Of a DNA stretch of 64,000 nucleotides, positions 59,785 through 64,000 are shown piece by piece. Under the pieces are notes generated by a model. It did no database searches. It worked only from the letters and a program-made list of their open reading frames with translations, and was not told the origin of the DNA. This DNA comes from Psammoneis japonica (Eukaryota). The stretch is taken from positions 186,001 through 250,000 of the forward strand of contig QPGO01000060.1 of assembly GCA_008632985.1 (NCBI GenBank), written 5' to 3'. Numbering within the stretch: the first letter of the stretch is position 1; the number at the start of each line of letters is the position of its first letter. The position numbers and the translations under genes were made by a program.

Positions 59785-62268
59785 TTAAGCCGCCGCCCTC
59801 TTGCCCTCTTTCTCAATCTTGTTCATCATCGTTTGCAGTTTTTCCAACACGGAAACAACAGCTCCCACTTTGTTTTCCAATTTGGATTTTCCATCAATAA
59901 CCTTCCTCTCCTCACTTGTGCCAGCTTTGAAGCTGCGGGTTGATGCTGCCTTCTTTTCATCAACCAGCTTGTTGTACAAGGGCACGGCTTTGTTGTGCTG
60001 CTCAACCAAATTAAAAACGTACTTGAGAGACACGGATTTCAATGTCTTGCAAGCCCTGTCCCACCAAGCCGTGTAGTTGTCATCATCCTTTGCATGAGGA
60101 CGATTGCTGCCATTGAGATACTCCTTCTCCTCACTTGTAAACAGCGCATTCAAGTTCCTCGGGTGGTGCATGTCGTTGAGGATTTTGAGCACTTTCGCCT
60201 TGAGCTTGCGATCAATCTTAGCACCAAAAGGATTTTGAGCACTCCTCCAATTGATCCTATATTCAATGAGCTTCTTGAGAAGTCCGTGAAGCGATGAATC
60301 TCGAAGTTCCTTTTCATCAGCGTAAGCATTGAATTGTGGCTGCGTGTTCTGTGCATGCATCAAGACAGCCATCGCGTCGTGCCCCGCTGCAGCAGTCTCC
60401 GTCCTATCCGCATCCTCCGACATTTCAGGTGGTGACAGTTTCTTCCTCTTCAATGGGGAAGACTGGGGCGAACCAGACATAAGGTCCACAATGAGGTCCA
60501 ACTTATTGTCGATGTTCTTGTTCATGCTGTGCAGTTCCTCATGCATCGACTTTTGCTTGGCTTCCATGCTTGCGACTCGCTTCATCAGAGCGTCGATCTG
60601 GATTTGTTGCTTCTCTTCGGTCGACGTATAGCCACTCTTGTGAAAGTTGCCCGCGTTACTTGCAATGAATTCTTCTTTAATTGCCGTGCCCCACTCCAAG
60701 AGTTGATTGCTCGGTATGCCAACAACTCGGGCCGAGTCGATTAGTCGCCTCACTAATTTGTCGCTGTATCCGTATCGGTCAATAACTTCCTGGTGGTGCA
60801 TGAGCAAGGTGGCCAGCATTACAGGACGAAAGTTTTTCAAATGGCCGTCAGCAGCAAGCGCCTTTATTCCATTGGTAGAGAACAAGCTGTGAATCCACGA
60901 ATTCAACACCGGCCCGTTTTCAGCGGTGAGAATGCAGTCCAAACTGGGGGCTGAAACGTGTTGCTTCGGATCAGCCCACCGGCACAGATTCTTTCCTGCC
61001 ATGGCCACAAAAAGTTTCATAGTCCAATATCCAAATGCTGCAGAATCACCCTTGAAATCCCAATTGCCGCGAGCAATGGAAGCAACAATATTGAAGCAAC
61101 GATGGAACACCATGTCATCCGCAGAGCCGACACGGAAGCTGTGGCTCGTGTGATCCTTTGTCAAGTTGTCAATTTCATCTACCAAGTTCTTTAGAATTTG
61201 AGACACCTTTGCAGCTGCGCCACCGCTGGCCAGATCTTTCAGCTCTGGAAACACAAATTCCACTGAATCGTCATCTGCAGTTTCAAGCCTGCCCGTGGTG
61301 GTGACAATGTTTGCGGCCATAGAGTGATATTTGTCACACAAGAATCCATCAGCATCCTTGTGCCATGTCATGAAACCATTCTTTGCGGTTTTTGTCTCCC
61401 TCCAGTCGCTCTCAAGTTGCTGCTTGCTACTGTTCCAAACGGTTATGTCCCACACCCATGCACCTGCCTCAGCCGTCCGCCCAACAGCATGGTACAATGT
61501 GTTGGTGATATCTCTTTCATAATAGCATCCTTTCTTGAGAAGAGCATCATTCACCTCTTCCAGAAGCTCCCTGTGAAGGCCCACCGTCGAATCCTCCGGC
61601 GACTCTCCACGCTTGATAGCCGCAACACGGGCCCTCACTTTTAGGGCTTTGTTGAGTTCGTCATGCTCGGATTTTTTGTAAAGTGCCCTATGCCCCAACT
61701 TATTCTTGAGCACCATGTACACACCAGAATGATATTGTGCCTGCGACTTAGGCTTCCAATGAGTCCCCTTGCGAGCACCTTCGCGTTCAATCTTGTACTC
61801 CATTAAGAAAGTGCAGAATTGCCTCATCAATTTACTGCAGTTCGGCACGGTGAGAGTCTCTCCACGTAGATGCTTTCGTTCCAACTGATGGACTGGTGGA
61901 TATCCTGTTTTTTTGGCAAAAATATTAAATGCTGCTACCGCCGTCTTGTAGCCATCTTCGGTTCGGTCTGCTTTGTCTTGCATTTCTGCGTATGCTTGGA
62001 GCATGATGGATTCGTCTTCGCGCTCTTCTGCCTCATCCTCGTTTGAATCTTCCAAAAAGGAGGCCTCAAGCTCAGTGGCAAGTCGATTGATGTGGTCCAC
62101 CTCACTCGCTTTTGCCTCGTCGCTCGGCTCGTCGCTGGACTTGTCCTTCTTGTATGGATTGTTATGATGCGAGTAGAAGATGGTGCCTGCTGCAGTGGTT
62201 GCTGGTGGTTCCAACCCGTCCTGGGCCTGTGCAGTTGGAGCATCTTTTTCATTGATGAGAGATGGCAT
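59785..62268 (-). CDS. Tyrosine recombinase, Crypton-like element protein (about 827 aa from MPSLINE)
   Basis: Catalytic-type motifs in the expected order: AVGRTAE (R), TSHSFRVG (HxxR), ARGNW (H/W), FGYW (Y). Intact and intronless; no RT nearby. Confidence 0.8.
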   Translation of the reverse strand: MPSLINEKDAPTAQAQDGLEPPATTAAGTIFYSHHNNPYKKDKSSDEPSDEAKASEVDHINRLATELEASFLEDSNEDEAEEREDESIMLQAYAEMQDKADRTEDGYKTAVAAFNIFAKKTGYPPVHQLERKHLRGETLTVPNCSKLMRQFCTFLMEYKIEREGARKGTHWKPKSQAQYHSGVYMVLKNKLGHRALYKKSEHDELNKALKVRARVAAIKRGESPEDSTVGLHRELLEEVNDALLKKGCYYERDITNTLYHAVGRTAEAGAWVWDITVWNSSKQQLESDWRETKTAKNGFMTWHKDADGFLCDKYHSMAANIVTTTGRLETADDDSVEFVFPELKDLASGGAAAKVSQILKNLVDEIDNLTKDHTSHSFRVGSADDMVFHRCFNIVASIARGNWDFKGDSAAFGYWTMKLFVAMAGKNLCRWADPKQHVSAPSLDCILTAENGPVLNSWIHSLFSTNGIKALAADGHLKNFRPVMLATLLMHHQEVIDRYGYSDKLVRRLIDSARVVGIPSNQLLEWGTAIKEEFIASNAGNFHKSGYTSTEEKQQIQIDALMKRVASMEAKQKSMHEELHSMNKNIDNKLDLIVDLMSGSPQSSPLKRKKLSPPEMSEDADRTETAAAGHDAMAVLMHAQNTQPQFNAYADEKELRDSSLHGLLKKLIEYRINWRSAQNPFGAKIDRKLKAKVLKILNDMHHPRNLNALFTSEEKEYLNGSNRPHAKDDDNYTAWWDRACKTLKSVSLKYVFNLVEQHNKAVPLYNKLVDEKKAASTRSFKAGTSEERKVIDGKSKLENKVGAVVSVLEKLQTMMNKIEKEGKRAAA

Positions 62269-62479
62269 TATGGACAAATGATGCCGACAGCGTATGCCAT
62301 ACAAGTCCAATCGCAACGAATCGCAACAATGGCAATGAAAACGGTAGACTAGGCCCTGCTGCTGGTGCAACAGCAGCAACGAGCGAGCGGCGGTAGTGCG
62401 GTGGTCGGACCGTCTGTCGTCCGTCGTAGGGTGACCGGTCTGGTCGCCGGCTCCACCCGTCGATTTCCGGCCGATTTGC

Positions 62480-62578
62480 GAGGGACCCGAGGGACACCCT
62501 GTCCCTCGGGGGCGCGCTTCGCGCGTCCCTCCCGCTCCGCGGGACAAATGTCCCTCCAGGGACGCTCCGCGTCCCTCC
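62480..62578. repeat. GC-rich cluster of GGGAC/GTCCC hairpins upstream of the recombinase
   Basis: CCCGAGGGACA-ccc-TGTCCCTCGGG (62486-62510), GGGACA-aa-TGTCCC (62541-62554), GGGACGC-tcc-GCGTCCC (62559-62575). Confidence 0.85.
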
Positions 62579-63899
62579 AAAAAAAATTTTCTGTCAGTAG
62601 ATGTCTACGTAGATTGCTCAGAATTTTGGCGCGCGCCCCTCACAAAAACAACACGACGGCCAAGGATTTATAAGTCTGTCAGGATGTACAAGCTGCGTAG
62701 AACGCGTGTTGCCATGCGTGGTCAACAGCCTCTAAGTAATCTTGACGGTGCGAACTCCGCCGTTAAAGTATATTAATTTATGTATATTTTGTATATCCTC
62801 ATTTTTTCAAGGGATCGCGCATCATTCATCAAAGCACCACACACCATGATAATCGGAGCGTCGCTTATTAGACTATTGACGATCCTTTCAACAGTACCAA
62901 CGCTATCTACTAGTCTTTACCTCCATATAGAAACAGCTTATGTTGCTTTTTCGAAGGTAAGCGGCCAATTGTAAGGTGAAAAAAGGATTTTGTATTGACA
63001 CCACGGTTCGAGACTCATTGTCGCTCTCTGTTTCGGCATCTCACTCATTTTCTTTGACATGTTCGTCTTTATAACTCATATAGAGAAGCTGTTGAGCAAC
63101 GTATCACCCCTACGGACGAACAATATCTCATAGTTTCGTGTCGGTGTCGACACCATTTCTTTTCAACTCATGTTCTTCCTTGCATCGGAACGGGGCTGTG
63201 GTGTGTCCTACGCTCTCTTTTGGACTGAACCAAGCAAGCTACAGTTGATACTTTCACGAATAATGACAATTATAATGTGCAATGGGTTGGATATTGACGT
63301 CCATGACCTTGCCGAGTGCCGGTTAGTAGTGCTCCCTCGTTCGGGGACCGAAAACTGGGGTAAATCTTGGTGGCGTGGAGACTCTGCGATTGGAATGCGA
63401 GTGAGCGGGCTGGAATCTCGTGCAGTTTACTTCTGAAGGATCTGTACAATAAGGTATGTTTACATTTAAAGCAGTATTGATGCATCATGCATTTACAGTA
63501 CCGGCATGACAAACAAGCTAACAATGTCATTCTCCGTCTCTATCTTTCCCATCTAGGTGGTGTCTTATTTTTGATTCTTGGCCAGTGATGAGGGGCAATG
63601 CATAAAATTTTAGTGCTTCTCTCGGGCTTCAAGTAATGGACAATGCTTTGGACGAGACGCTTGCATCGTGTGTTTTGCGTCACGCGTATCCTTGCCAGCG
63701 GGCGACCCCAAAGTGGATCATCAGCGTGAATCAGCGCTTGTCGAAACACATGACAATTTGGCGAACTACAGCAGCATACATCATCACTCATCGTTACAAC
63801 AATCAATCAGTCATTGGGTTGATTGGCAATCGGCGGCAGATTTTAGAGCTACCATATTTGAAATTCCATTTCGTCTCTGTCTTCCACGTACGCCACCGC

Positions 63900-63983
63900 A
63901 CCATCACATTTCGTGCCGTCTGTTATCCCCCCTCCATCACGTTTCGTGTGCCGTCTGTTTTCTCCCCTCCATCACGTTTCGTC
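63900..63983. repeat. Short tandem repeat, about 2.5 x 32-35 bp (CCATCACGTTTCGTG..CCGTCTGTT)
   Basis: Direct reading. Confidence 0.75.
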
Positions 63984-64000
63984 TTCGAGGTATCTATGAT

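Noticed and set aside
62269..62580. N-terminal 104 aa of the 931-aa ORF call
   Set aside because: It starts at a non-ATG codon and runs through the GC-rich hairpin region; the ATG at 62268 is more plausible.

Overview
Eukaryotic nuclear DNA, very probably a diatom: it has a fucoxanthin-chlorophyll protein with an ASAFAP-type plastid presequence, short GT-AG introns and CoDi-like Copia elements. A central gene island (about 19.9-41.9 kb) holds an EF-hand membrane protein, an Lhcf/FCP, a bacterial-type flavin monooxygenase, a cyclophilin, a FYVE-lipase and a Cys-repeat surface protein. It is surrounded by transposon-rich DNA: a Ginger-like integrase/Ulp1/RING element, a full-length Copia with both LTRs and a TSD, two older Copias, an IS630/Tc1-like transposon, another degraded DDE element and a tyrosine-recombinase (Crypton-like) element. 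The main result is a repeat-targeted hypermutation that converts TpA to TpG/CpA (A>G on both strands, preferring TAY and largely sparing YTAR). This is the opposite polarity to fungal RIP and is separate from CpG decay. It is directly visible in three independent repeat pairs in this window: the Copia LTRs, a tandem duplication of the cyclophilin 3' end, and a 90-bp duplication. It turns Tyr codons into Cys/His and removes stop codons, which explains the many spurious Cys/His-rich ORFs. All counts are hand counts from the sequence; family assignments are by motif recognition, not database search.
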